IMG/VR virus record: IMGVR_UViG_3300046170_000449
Span: 1-64,000 of that record
Direction: 5' to 3' (one strand)
Origin: a virus
DNA length: 64,000 bases
The notes beneath the pieces were generated by a model. That model did no database searches. It saw only the letters and a list, made by a program, of their open reading frames with translations, and was not told the DNA's origin. This document shows, piece after piece, positions 10,711-18,670 of this stretch (the stretch's first letter is position 1; every line of letters begins with the position of its first letter). Both the position numbers and the translations under genes were made by a program.

Positions 10711-10896
10711 ATGTTCAATCCTGAGCAACAAAATAATAGTCCGTTTGATAAACGGGATATTCAACAAATGCTTCTGGATCTTGAGCGCAATCGTGAGCTA
10801 AGTGCACAAGGACTTAACGCCCCTGCCCCTGAAGGACAAAACATTGAGTTATTTCAACAGTTATTAAATCAAAAAACAGAAGAAGAAAATGGATAA
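10711..10896 (+). CDS. hypothetical protein
   Basis: 61-aa ATG ORF in operon. Confidence 0.55.
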   Translation: MFNPEQQNNSPFDKRDIQQMLLDLERNRELSAQGLNAPAPEGQNIELFQQLLNQKTEEENG

Positions 10897-11032
10897 TGTA
10901 AAAGTACCTTTAGAGCTACTGGAATATTATAAAAAGAAAGCAGCTTCAGAGGCGGGTGTACAAGCAGAAGAATTAGCTACAAAAGGTTTAAAGGCATCAC
11001 GTGCAGCTAAAAAGCATAAAGGCAAAAAGTAG
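10889..11032 (+). CDS. small basic protein (not in ORF track)
   Basis: 47 aa MDNVKVPLELLEYYKKK...AAKKHKGKK, overlaps upstream stop. Confidence 0.6.
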   Translation: MDNVKVPLELLEYYKKKAASEAGVQAEELATKGLKASRAAKKHKGKK

Positions 11033-11065
11033 AGTACTATTTAACTTACGTACCTAACAGATATT

Positions 11066-12592
11066 GTGCCTTCTCATCTTCATCTTGCTTATCGCAGGAA
11101 TGCTAAAGCTGCTGCAGCCAACCATCGCATTCGCAAGACTGATCAGGAGGATATTTTTGAGAAAGCCAGAGAAGACTTTGGCTTCTTTTGTGAATATGTA
11201 GCGGATAAAAAACCAGCAGCACATCATCTCGAATGGCACAAACAACTGGTAACCAATCAAGATAGCTCGTGTCTTACAGCTATCGCTGGCCCTAACATCG
11301 ACTTACTAGGACCCAGGGGGTCCGCTAAATCAACTGTACTAGGTTTATATACGGCATGGGCCATTGGTATCCATACGATGGCAAAGAAGCCTCTACAGAT
11401 CCTTTATCTTAGTTATACGGTTGATATTGCACGTTCTAAATCAGCCACAATTAAACGAATTATTGAATCAAAAAAATATCAAAATGTTTTCCCTAGAGTC
11501 AAGCTACTAAAGAACGTAACCTCGAATGAATACTGGTCGATTGATCATAAGTTTGCAGGTATTGATACCACAGGTGAAGAACAGTTCACTTTATGTGCAG
11601 CTGGCCTAAAAGGTTCAGTGACATCTAAACGTTCTCATCTTGTAATTATTGATGACCCTGTAAAATCAGCTGCGGATATTGGTAATCCTGATATTCGGAA
11701 GATGATGCAAGATAACTGGAATGCTGTTATTGCCCCCACTATGTTTGAAGGGGCCAGGGCAATCTGTCTTGGTACCAGATTCCGACATGATGATATACAT
11801 GCAACAACTTTCAGTCCACAGAATAATTGGATGCAAATTGTGTTGTCAGCGATTTTAAATGATGAAGAGACAGGTGAAGAGGTTTCGTATTGGCCAGAGA
11901 TGTGGTCACTATCTTATCTAAAAGAAAAGAAACGACAAGCACCAATTGCTTTTAGTTTTCAATACATGAATCAAATTATTAGGCAGAATGAGTTATCTCT
12001 TGCACCTGAACTTTTAGTTAAAGCAGAAATTGCAACTGAATTTGATTGCCTAGGTATTGGTGTTGACTTATCAGCAGGCATTAAAGAAAAGAATGACTAC
12101 ACGGTTATGGTCCTAGGCGGACGCATTGGAGACAAGATTCATATTATCGATTACCGTCGAATTCGTGTAATGGGTAATTTAGAAAAGTTAGATGCATTAA
12201 AAGAATTATTAAATGACTGGTCAATCATTGGTAAACAAGCAGACGGTCTTTGGTTTCCTACTTACAATACATGTGACATTTGGTCAGAAGCCGTGCAGTA
12301 TCAGGCATCACTGGAAGCAGACTTTAAACGCGTATGTTTAAACGAAGAAAATCTTTATAACCTTATTTGGCATCCTGTCAAAGGTTTCCGTGCAGATAAG
12401 CTTGCACGTTTCCGTGGAATCATGGGCATGTTTGAAGATCGAAAAATTGTATTTAATAGGTATCGAAACTTTACCAATATGTTTGAAGAACTAACTAATT
12501 TTGGTGTTAGCTCCCATGATGATTGTGTGGATGCTTTAGTATGGTTAGTAACAGGATTAATGAAACGCGGAAAATTACAGCTTGATTATTAA
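11066..12592 (+). CDS. terL: terminase large subunit
   Basis: Walker A GPRGSAKST, Walker B LVIIDD, coupling motif LGTR, RNase H-like GVDLS and HDDCVDA. Confidence 0.93.
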   Translation: MPSHLHLAYRRNAKAAAANHRIRKTDQEDIFEKAREDFGFFCEYVADKKPAAHHLEWHKQLVTNQDSSCLTAIAGPNIDLLGPRGSAKSTVLGLYTAWAIGIHTMAKKPLQILYLSYTVDIARSKSATIKRIIESKKYQNVFPRVKLLKNVTSNEYWSIDHKFAGIDTTGEEQFTLCAAGLKGSVTSKRSHLVIIDDPVKSAADIGNPDIRKMMQDNWNAVIAPTMFEGARAICLGTRFRHDDIHATTFSPQNNWMQIVLSAILNDEETGEEVSYWPEMWSLSYLKEKKRQAPIAFSFQYMNQIIRQNELSLAPELLVKAEIATEFDCLGIGVDLSAGIKEKNDYTVMVLGGRIGDKIHIIDYRRIRVMGNLEKLDALKELLNDWSIIGKQADGLWFPTYNTCDIWSEAVQYQASLEADFKRVCLNEENLYNLIWHPVKGFRADKLARFRGIMGMFEDRKIVFNRYRNFTNMFEELTNFGVSSHDDCVDALVWLVTGLMKRGKLQLDY

Positions 12593-12816
12593 TGGAACAT
12601 TTAGTTGCTATTGTTATTGCAGGAATAACAGGTGTTGGTTGGGGAACAGGAAAAATCTTTGCACGTCTTCGTACCTTAGAAGATCGCATTGATCATTTCC
12701 CTGTAGAGTACGTTTTGAAACAGGACTACATTAGAGAAATGGAAAAGATGAATAGAGAATTTGATAGTATAAATGATAAGCTTGACAAATTAATAGAAAG
12801 GGTTTTGACCAGATGA
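12592..12816 (+). CDS. small membrane-anchored coiled-coil protein
   Basis: N-terminal TM segment, then YVLKQDY...KLDKLIE coiled coil. Confidence 0.65.
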   Translation: MEHLVAIVIAGITGVGWGTGKIFARLRTLEDRIDHFPVEYVLKQDYIREMEKMNREFDSINDKLDKLIERVLTR

Positions 12817-12992
12817 GTTACTTCATTGAACTAGAGGAAAATGCCGATGGTGATTTGATTATGCAGATTCCAGAAGAAGTAATGGAAACACTTGACTGGC
12901 AAGAAGGCCAATTGTTGACTTGGGATCTTAAAGGTAATGGCATTATTGTTTCAGCTTTAGATGATACTTCAGGTTACGAACAAGTAGAATAA
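12813..12992 (+). CDS. AbrB/MazE/SpoVT-like DNA-binding protein (not in ORF track)
   Basis: 59 aa, GDLIMQIPEEVMETLDWQEGQLLTW matches the swapped-hairpin pattern; ATGA overlap. Confidence 0.65.
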   Translation: MSYFIELEENADGDLIMQIPEEVMETLDWQEGQLLTWDLKGNGIIVSALDDTSGYEQVE

Positions 12993-13012
12993 CTTGTAGT
13001 GATTGTAGTTTT

Positions 13013-13432
13013 ATGCGTACTTATATTCAACAACCAGGCCAAGTAGGTGTCCAAGGTGGAACCATTGGTAATGCTGGTTACCTTGCTCAGATGCCACCAG
13101 CTATTAATCCTGCGGCACATAGAGGTGCACAGAAGGGAGCAAAAATTTACAATAAAGGAGTAAACACAGAGAATCCATATGAGAAAAAAACTTTTTTAGA
13201 TAGGACCGGACCACAGCTTCCACCTATGGCCAGGATGGATGGACAGCGGCCTGCAAACTTAGGTCAAGTTGATGATGCTTTTTATGAGCAACAGCAAAGG
13301 GAGCAGTTACAAGCATTAATAGAACAGCAAGAAACCCAGTTAAATAATGGGCTTTATGGCGGCGGCCAATATGATCAAGCCGATCAATTTCCAGCAACAG
13401 GTGCTGGCTTCCAAGCAAAGTACGTAAGCTAA
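13013..13432 (+). CDS. hypothetical Gln-rich protein
   Basis: 139-aa ORF. Confidence 0.6.
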   Translation: MRTYIQQPGQVGVQGGTIGNAGYLAQMPPAINPAAHRGAQKGAKIYNKGVNTENPYEKKTFLDRTGPQLPPMARMDGQRPANLGQVDDAFYEQQQREQLQALIEQQETQLNNGLYGGGQYDQADQFPATGAGFQAKYVS

Positions 13433-13433
13433 A

Positions 13434-13625
13434 ATGGAACTAGCAGGTAAGTGGTTACAAGAAGCACCACCTAAAAAACGTGATTATCGAGGTGTACCTA
13501 TCTATCAAACAGAAGGCAACGTTAGATCTGCACGTCCACCACGCAATGCGCCCTCTTCTTTCTTCGCGTCTCCTGGAAGAAAAGGTTCAGGTTTTGCAAA
13601 CATTGACACATCAAGACAGTTCTAA
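13434..13625 (+). CDS. small hypothetical protein with N-terminal LAGKW motif
   Basis: 63 aa, coupled to neighbours. Confidence 0.55.
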   Translation: MELAGKWLQEAPPKKRDYRGVPIYQTEGNVRSARPPRNAPSSFFASPGRKGSGFANIDTSRQF

Positions 13626-13729
13626 TGACACAAGACAGTGATAGTTCCAAATATACAAAGTCAGGACTGCGTGAACGGATTAAAAACCGTGTCATGAAAG
13701 GCACTAAAGGCGGTAAAGCCGGTCAGTGA
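13625..13729 (+). pseudogene. truncated 5' copy of the small basic (DUF5872-like) gene
   Basis: 34 aa MTQDSDSSKYTKSGLRERIKNRVMKGTKGGKAGQ*, paralogous to 14366-14467; TGA falls where the paralog has TGG (Trp). Confidence 0.8.
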
Positions 13730-13764
13730 TTTTGTGCTATTGTAAGAAAAGCACAAATTAACCG

Positions 13765-14373
13765 ATGCAAAAGTTTTGCCGGGAATGCGGAATTAGGAAA
13801 CCACATGAAAATTTTAGAACTAAAGGGTATAACTCCGCTGGTAATATAAAAAGAGACAGTGTATGTAAAGATTGCAGATCCTTAGTTAACCGTCGATTAC
13901 GGCTTTTATATGGAGTAGATGGTCGAAAACAATGTTCTAAATGTGCTCATTATTTAGATTGGGATTGTTTTAGAAGGCGAAAGCAAGATGGTAAATTGTA
14001 TCTTCATTCTTCATGCAAAACCTGCAATAAGCTAAGTTGGGATAAATGGGTAAACAATAACAAAGAACACTATCAAAAAGTTAAAAAACAAGGGCAAAAT
14101 TTATTGCATCACAACCACAAAAAATACGAACGCAGAGGGATAACAAAAGAGCAATATGACATTGTCTTTGAGGCCCAAAAAGGTTTATGTGCAATTTGCC
14201 AAAAGCCTCCCAAGGATAAACAATCTTTAGCCATGGACCATAATCATCAAACCAATGAGTTTAGAGGTCTATTGTGCAAAGAGTGTAATAGAGCGCTAGG
14301 TTTATTTGGTGGTAACATAGATGTATTGACAAACGCAGTTACTTATCTTAAAGAGCGAGGAAGTTATGGCTGA
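13765..14373 (+). mobile_element. free-standing homing endonuclease, Endonuclease VII-type HNH
   Basis: two N-terminal CxxC-CxxC Zn ribbons, then GITKEQY...QKGLCAIC...MDHNH...RGLLCKECNRALG; lies between two copies of the same gene start. Confidence 0.85.
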
Positions 14374-14680
14374 AGACAAAAGCAAGTACACGAAACCAGA
14401 CCTGCGTGAGCGCATCAAAAACAAAGTTATGCGTGAAGGCCGTGGGGGTAAACCGGGAGAATGGTCGTAGCCGTAAGGCTAACTAATTATTTCGGCGCGT
14501 AAAGCACAGCTCGTAGCTTCCGAGTATAAGAAAGCTGGTGGCGGGTACAAAGGTGGAGAAGGAAAGAAACAAAAATCTTTAAAGAAATGGGCTAAAGAAG
14601 ATTGGCAAACTAAAGATCAATATGAAAAAGGTAAGAAAGCTGCTACTGCAGCCAAAAAAGCTAAGGAGAAAAAATCATGA
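14366..14680 (+). CDS. small basic DUF5872-like protein, interrupted; predicted 95-aa product via ribosomal bypass (14366-14467 joined to 14495-14680)
   Basis: KYTKPDLRERIKNK...GGKPGEWS and ARKAQLVASEYKKAGGGYKG...SLKKW...DWQTK form the contiguous family sequence once the 27-nt gap is removed; GAGG SD at 14357-14360. Confidence 0.75.
14465..14494 (+). other. candidate programmed translational bypass element (T4 gene 60-like)
   Basis: TCG take-off (14465), TAG, hairpin TAGCC-GTAA-GGCTA, ACTA-ATTATT, TCG landing (14492); three in-frame stops in the gap. Confidence 0.7.
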
Positions 14681-14892
14681 AAATAGCAGGTAGATATAAT
14701 AATTACACACCTGAAATTTTTCCGAATCAAAAATTAATGCAATCTCTTGCACAACACACTAATAATGCAGAGCTTCAAAAAGCTTTATTAGATTTTCAAT
14801 ATCCTTTTACAGTAGCTGAATTAAAAAATAGCGGCTATGCTCCTCAAGTTGTTAATGAGATTTTAAACATTACTAAAACTGTATCATCATGA
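14677..14892 (+). CDS. hypothetical protein with N-terminal IAGRY motif
   Basis: 71 aa, AAGGAG SD, ATGA overlap. Confidence 0.65.
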   Translation: MKIAGRYNNYTPEIFPNQKLMQSLAQHTNNAELQKALLDFQYPFTVAELKNSGYAPQVVNEILNITKTVSS

Positions 14893-15011
14893 AACAAGCC
14901 AAAAAAGATTTACAGAAGATCTCTAAGCAATTGAAAGGTAGTGCAAAGATGCATGCTAGCCAAGCCAAAAAGATTGACAAACTTGCCGGTAAGTATATGG
15001 AGAAAAAATAA
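14889..15011 (+). CDS. small basic protein (not in ORF track)
   Basis: 40 aa MKQAKKDLQKISKQLKGSAKMHASQAKKIDKLAGKYMEKK; overlaps both neighbours. Confidence 0.65.
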   Translation: MKQAKKDLQKISKQLKGSAKMHASQAKKIDKLAGKYMEKK

Positions 15012-15700
15012 TGGGCTTAGCAGAAAAGTTTCTACCAGCATTTAAACGTGAAGGTACTGCCTTTGTGCCTACCGAAGAAATGAATAATGTAATAAATTTA
15101 ATGCAAAGTAAAACAAATAATCCTATTAAGATTCAACCTGCACCATCTGTTTTAACTGGTATAGATGGAAGGGGAATGTGGGGATCAGGAGGAGGAGTAA
15201 ATATTGGCGGTGTTGGAGGCACAACTTATGTTGATCCTGTTGGTGGCGACGTAACAGTTGCTGCACATGAAGCAGCTCATCAAGCTTTTCCAAGTAGTTT
15301 AGCGACTAATCCATATGCTGATCAGAAACGTCTGGAATTATTTACAACCATGACTCCAGAAATGGTTGACTCTGGAGCAGCAATGCGAGCTGGCTATGAA
15401 AATTTAGGCAAACGTTCTCTTATAGAAGAAGCTAATGCACAAGGTGTTGCTTATGAAGCAATGACACAAGCTGGTTACGAACCTAATAAACTTGGGTGGG
15501 CAACCATGCTTAGTTACCCTGCAGAATATAGGTTTGGTGGGCGTTACGATAATGCTGCACCAGCTTACAAACAGGTATTTAATAAACCTGGCTTAGCTAC
15601 TTTGATGCCAGGAGAAGCGCGGGAACTAGATCAAATGCTAGGTTCTTTTGGTCCAGCAATAGAAAGACAATTTGGCTATGGCCGGAGCATGCTTAGATAA
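15011..15700 (+). CDS. zincin-like metallopeptidase domain protein
   Basis: AAHEAAH (HExxH) plus downstream EEANA third-ligand-like motif. Confidence 0.55.
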   Translation: MGLAEKFLPAFKREGTAFVPTEEMNNVINLMQSKTNNPIKIQPAPSVLTGIDGRGMWGSGGGVNIGGVGGTTYVDPVGGDVTVAAHEAAHQAFPSSLATNPYADQKRLELFTTMTPEMVDSGAAMRAGYENLGKRSLIEEANAQGVAYEAMTQAGYEPNKLGWATMLSYPAEYRFGGRYDNAAPAYKQVFNKPGLATLMPGEARELDQMLGSFGPAIERQFGYGRSMLR

Positions 15701-15909
15701 TGGCAGACAAAGCAATCCAATCTGACGGTACGACCAAACGTTACCTTCCTAAAAAAGCCTGGGCATCTCTTTCTAAAAAAGAAAGGGAAGATACTGATCG
15801 TAAAAAACGAGAAGGTTCCCGTAAAGGCAAACAATTTGTCAAGAATACTGAGAAAGCAAAAAAGGCTGGTAAAGCTGCTAGAATGTATAAATCAAAATCT
15901 GGGAAATAA
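15700..15909 (+). CDS. small basic protein, C-terminal half of DUF5872-like family
   Basis: DGTTKRYLPKKAW...DRKKREGSRKGKQFV. Confidence 0.7.
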   Translation: MADKAIQSDGTTKRYLPKKAWASLSKKEREDTDRKKREGSRKGKQFVKNTEKAKKAGKAARMYKSKSGK

Positions 15910-18263
15910 TGTCTGAAGTAACTGGCCGTATTAAAGAGATTATTGACTCCTACATCGAGCGCGATGGTGGACAGTATGTAGATACGGGTATTGTTGCCAG
16001 TCATATTGCACAGATGAAACTCTTTGGTATTCGCCAAGGTGTTGAGTTTTTTCCTGCACAAGATAACTTCGGTAATCAACGAAAGGACTTTATTAGTAAA
16101 GTAGTTAAATACAATAAGTTAGATACAAGACTTGACTCGATCTGGGATTATTTTCTCTGCGATGGAAAAGGGATTTTCTACATTAGACCTACTCAAAATA
16201 ATTATCGTCTCTATTATTTCCGTAGTCATGAGTATCGTTCTTATTACAACGTAGACGGTGAGCTAGAAGAAGTCGTAATCATCTATAGCTATAAGGTTAA
16301 GACTGGTAAGGGCAACATGTACCAGGATATAGGTATTGGTGGTATGGATTCTTTACAGGGTGCTACCCCTGGAGATACCCCTGGACAGAAACGTTATATC
16401 CGTTTATCTATTAAAGCTAATACAATTGAAGAGACTCATTCAGTAGGCGAGATGTCTTTTGATAATGTCAATGCAGTATTACCAGGAAAGACAAAAAAGT
16501 TTCCTAATCAATTACGCTTTATTCCCTGCGTTGAGATCTTCAACAATTCCAAGGGATTCACCATGGATGGCAGTGGTGAATTTGATCAGCTGGCAAATCA
16601 TATTGTTGCTCATGATGATCTTGTACGCAACATGAAAAAGAACTTACAGTTCTTTGGTAATCCTACGTTGCTGTCGTCTAGACCTAAGACAGATTTAATG
16701 GAGCCAGGAAATTCAGACTCTGGTCCACAGCGTCCTTCTATTGCAGCGAACTCTGGTTTTACCAGTATGGCACCGTTATCACGGTCCACATTTAAACAAG
16801 ATCCAATCACACGGGGACTTGATGGTCAGATGCGTGTACCACGGGTCATTGCAAATCTTGAGCCTAATGATCGAGTTGGTTACATTGTTCCTGATGCAAT
16901 CTCTGGTGATCAGAATGCTTTTGTACGTCAGTTTAGAGAAGAAATTCTAACTTCTTTAGGTGGTGTTGATGAGCTATCAATTTCTGCTGGTGTGACTGCA
17001 ACTGAGTATAAATCACTATTCGGACGTGTTGCTGCAACAAGCAAGAAAAAAGCTAATTCTATTTACACGCATGGTATCTGTCGTTGTTTAGAACTAATTA
17101 TTTATCAAGAAGAACAGCTATTTAAAGACACCTTAGCTGCAGCTGCAAAATTCGAGAAACCTGTAGCTCCTTCTGAGAATGCTGGACCAGAAGAACAGCA
17201 AGCTTATGACCAAGCAATGGTTCAATATGAGGCCATGCTTAAAAAGCTTTTAATGGCTTGCGTGGAAGCAAAGATGATTCCTCCTGGTGTTAAAGGTTTA
17301 ATCCCAGACGGCGACATCACCATGCAATGGCGTTGGCTCGGACCTGTTTATGAAGAATCAACGCAAGATATTTTGAACAATTCAATTGTTGTACGTAACC
17401 TACAAGAGTTAGGTGTTGATAGCATTGAAGCACTGAAATATCTTTTCCCATCAAAAACAGATGAGGAAAGAGCGGAAATGCTTTCGGGCTTCCCGTTCAG
17501 GATGGTAAACGAACTACAAGGAGCCTATTCAGCTTTTTCTCGTTTGGTAGGGGGCATGATGCAGACCCCTCACCCTCAGGCCCCAGATCTGCCCATGGCG
17601 GCAGACCCAAGGTTAGACCTAACACCTTATCTGTATCGAACCCTAGAAGCGTTACAAAAGGAGATGAGTTATGCAGGACGCTACCGTCCAATCGATCCCA
17701 CAGACGAGCCCCCAGTCAGTGGCACCAAGCAATTACGTGGCGGCAGCCCCGCAAGCTCCGGTGGCACCAGTGGCCCAAGCTCCAGTGGGGACGTACTTCC
17801 CCCAGGCGGTGCCCCAGGCGGCACCACAGGGAACTACCAGTTACCAATCAAACCCGTCAGTATCCGTCCCCCAATCCCAGGACTCGACGGCACCCCAGGG
17901 GAATCCATGGGAATCGGCGTTCAACAAGGTGGTGAACCTGTTGGGCAGTCCGGCGCAATCCCCGTTCCAGGGAGCACCATCACAGGTCCAGGATCAGGCT
18001 CCGATTCAGTATACCCAGGCAAACTGGGGTACTCAGGCAGCTCCAGCCCAGGCTCCAACTTGGGGACAATCGGCTCCGCAGACCTCGCAAACAAGCCAGA
18101 CCTCATACAACAACTCTTCCCCAACTTACTCAGTCAGCTCCTTAGCGGACGTGGCGGAAGTCCTGGACTGGAGTCCAGAGAGTCGGATGGTGGTGGAGAA
18201 CTACGGGACCGAAGCACCAGCGATTCTAAACCAGTACGCTCTAAATCTCGAAAACGTCGTTGA
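15909..18263 (+). CDS. portal protein with long Gly/Pro/Ser-rich C-terminal extension
   Basis: 784 aa between TerL and scaffold/MCP; FIPCVEIFN...GSGEF portal-like segment; last ~197 codons overlap the next gene. Confidence 0.75.
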   Translation: MSEVTGRIKEIIDSYIERDGGQYVDTGIVASHIAQMKLFGIRQGVEFFPAQDNFGNQRKDFISKVVKYNKLDTRLDSIWDYFLCDGKGIFYIRPTQNNYRLYYFRSHEYRSYYNVDGELEEVVIIYSYKVKTGKGNMYQDIGIGGMDSLQGATPGDTPGQKRYIRLSIKANTIEETHSVGEMSFDNVNAVLPGKTKKFPNQLRFIPCVEIFNNSKGFTMDGSGEFDQLANHIVAHDDLVRNMKKNLQFFGNPTLLSSRPKTDLMEPGNSDSGPQRPSIAANSGFTSMAPLSRSTFKQDPITRGLDGQMRVPRVIANLEPNDRVGYIVPDAISGDQNAFVRQFREEILTSLGGVDELSISAGVTATEYKSLFGRVAATSKKKANSIYTHGICRCLELIIYQEEQLFKDTLAAAAKFEKPVAPSENAGPEEQQAYDQAMVQYEAMLKKLLMACVEAKMIPPGVKGLIPDGDITMQWRWLGPVYEESTQDILNNSIVVRNLQELGVDSIEALKYLFPSKTDEERAEMLSGFPFRMVNELQGAYSAFSRLVGGMMQTPHPQAPDLPMAADPRLDLTPYLYRTLEALQKEMSYAGRYRPIDPTDEPPVSGTKQLRGGSPASSGGTSGPSSSGDVLPPGGAPGGTTGNYQLPIKPVSIRPPIPGLDGTPGESMGIGVQQGGEPVGQSGAIPVPGSTITGPGSGSDSVYPGKLGYSGSSSPGSNLGTIGSADLANKPDLIQQLFPNLLSQLLSGRGGSPGLESRESDGGGELRDRSTSDSKPVRSKSRKRR

Positions 18264-18666
18264 CGGCGCTCTTACGTGGGGCAATCAAGCTCAACATGCT
18301 ATGGCACGTTCAGCCGAGTTCATGGTTAATGAGCACCAAGAGAATCTCGCTTATAACGAGATGCTTACTAATCCTGATATCTTGAGTGACTATACACTTA
18401 AGTTCTTTGGTCCTGAAGGTCCATACCCCGTGTATGAATCTGAAGCTGAGTTGGCTACCCCTGGTTATCCAACTGCTGCTGTTCCTATGCAGCAAAATAA
18501 TGTTGCTGGTCTACCTGCTCCCCCACAAGCAAGTGCGCCACAAGCTCCCCAAGATTTCTGGGGTTCTTTCAAGCAACAAATGGACCAAGATCCTAGCCAG
18601 GCCTGGCGTGTCATCAACCAAGCCTCTCCTCAAGCGATTGCAAATAAGCTTTTCGTAATGGAGTGA
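17671..18666 (+). CDS. putative capsid scaffold protein
   Basis: AAGGAG SD; Pro/Gln/Ala-rich N-half, acidic helical C-half; upstream of MCP. Confidence 0.65.
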   Translation: MQDATVQSIPQTSPQSVAPSNYVAAAPQAPVAPVAQAPVGTYFPQAVPQAAPQGTTSYQSNPSVSVPQSQDSTAPQGNPWESAFNKVVNLLGSPAQSPFQGAPSQVQDQAPIQYTQANWGTQAAPAQAPTWGQSAPQTSQTSQTSYNNSSPTYSVSSLADVAEVLDWSPESRMVVENYGTEAPAILNQYALNLENVVDGALTWGNQAQHAMARSAEFMVNEHQENLAYNEMLTNPDILSDYTLKFFGPEGPYPVYESEAELATPGYPTAAVPMQQNNVAGLPAPPQASAPQAPQDFWGSFKQQMDQDPSQAWRVINQASPQAIANKLFVME

Positions 18667-18670
18667 TCTA

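Noticed and set aside
14468-14491. Stop-codon reassignment or simple readthrough
   Set aside because: The gap has three in-frame stops of two types and would insert non-family residues; all other genes read normally in code 11 and end with TAA, TAG or TGA.
13727-14494. Group I intron carrying the HNH gene
   Set aside because: The non-coding flanks are only about 35 and 24 nt, too short for a ribozyme core, and the interval contains a duplicated exon-like 5' gene copy that an intron would not need.
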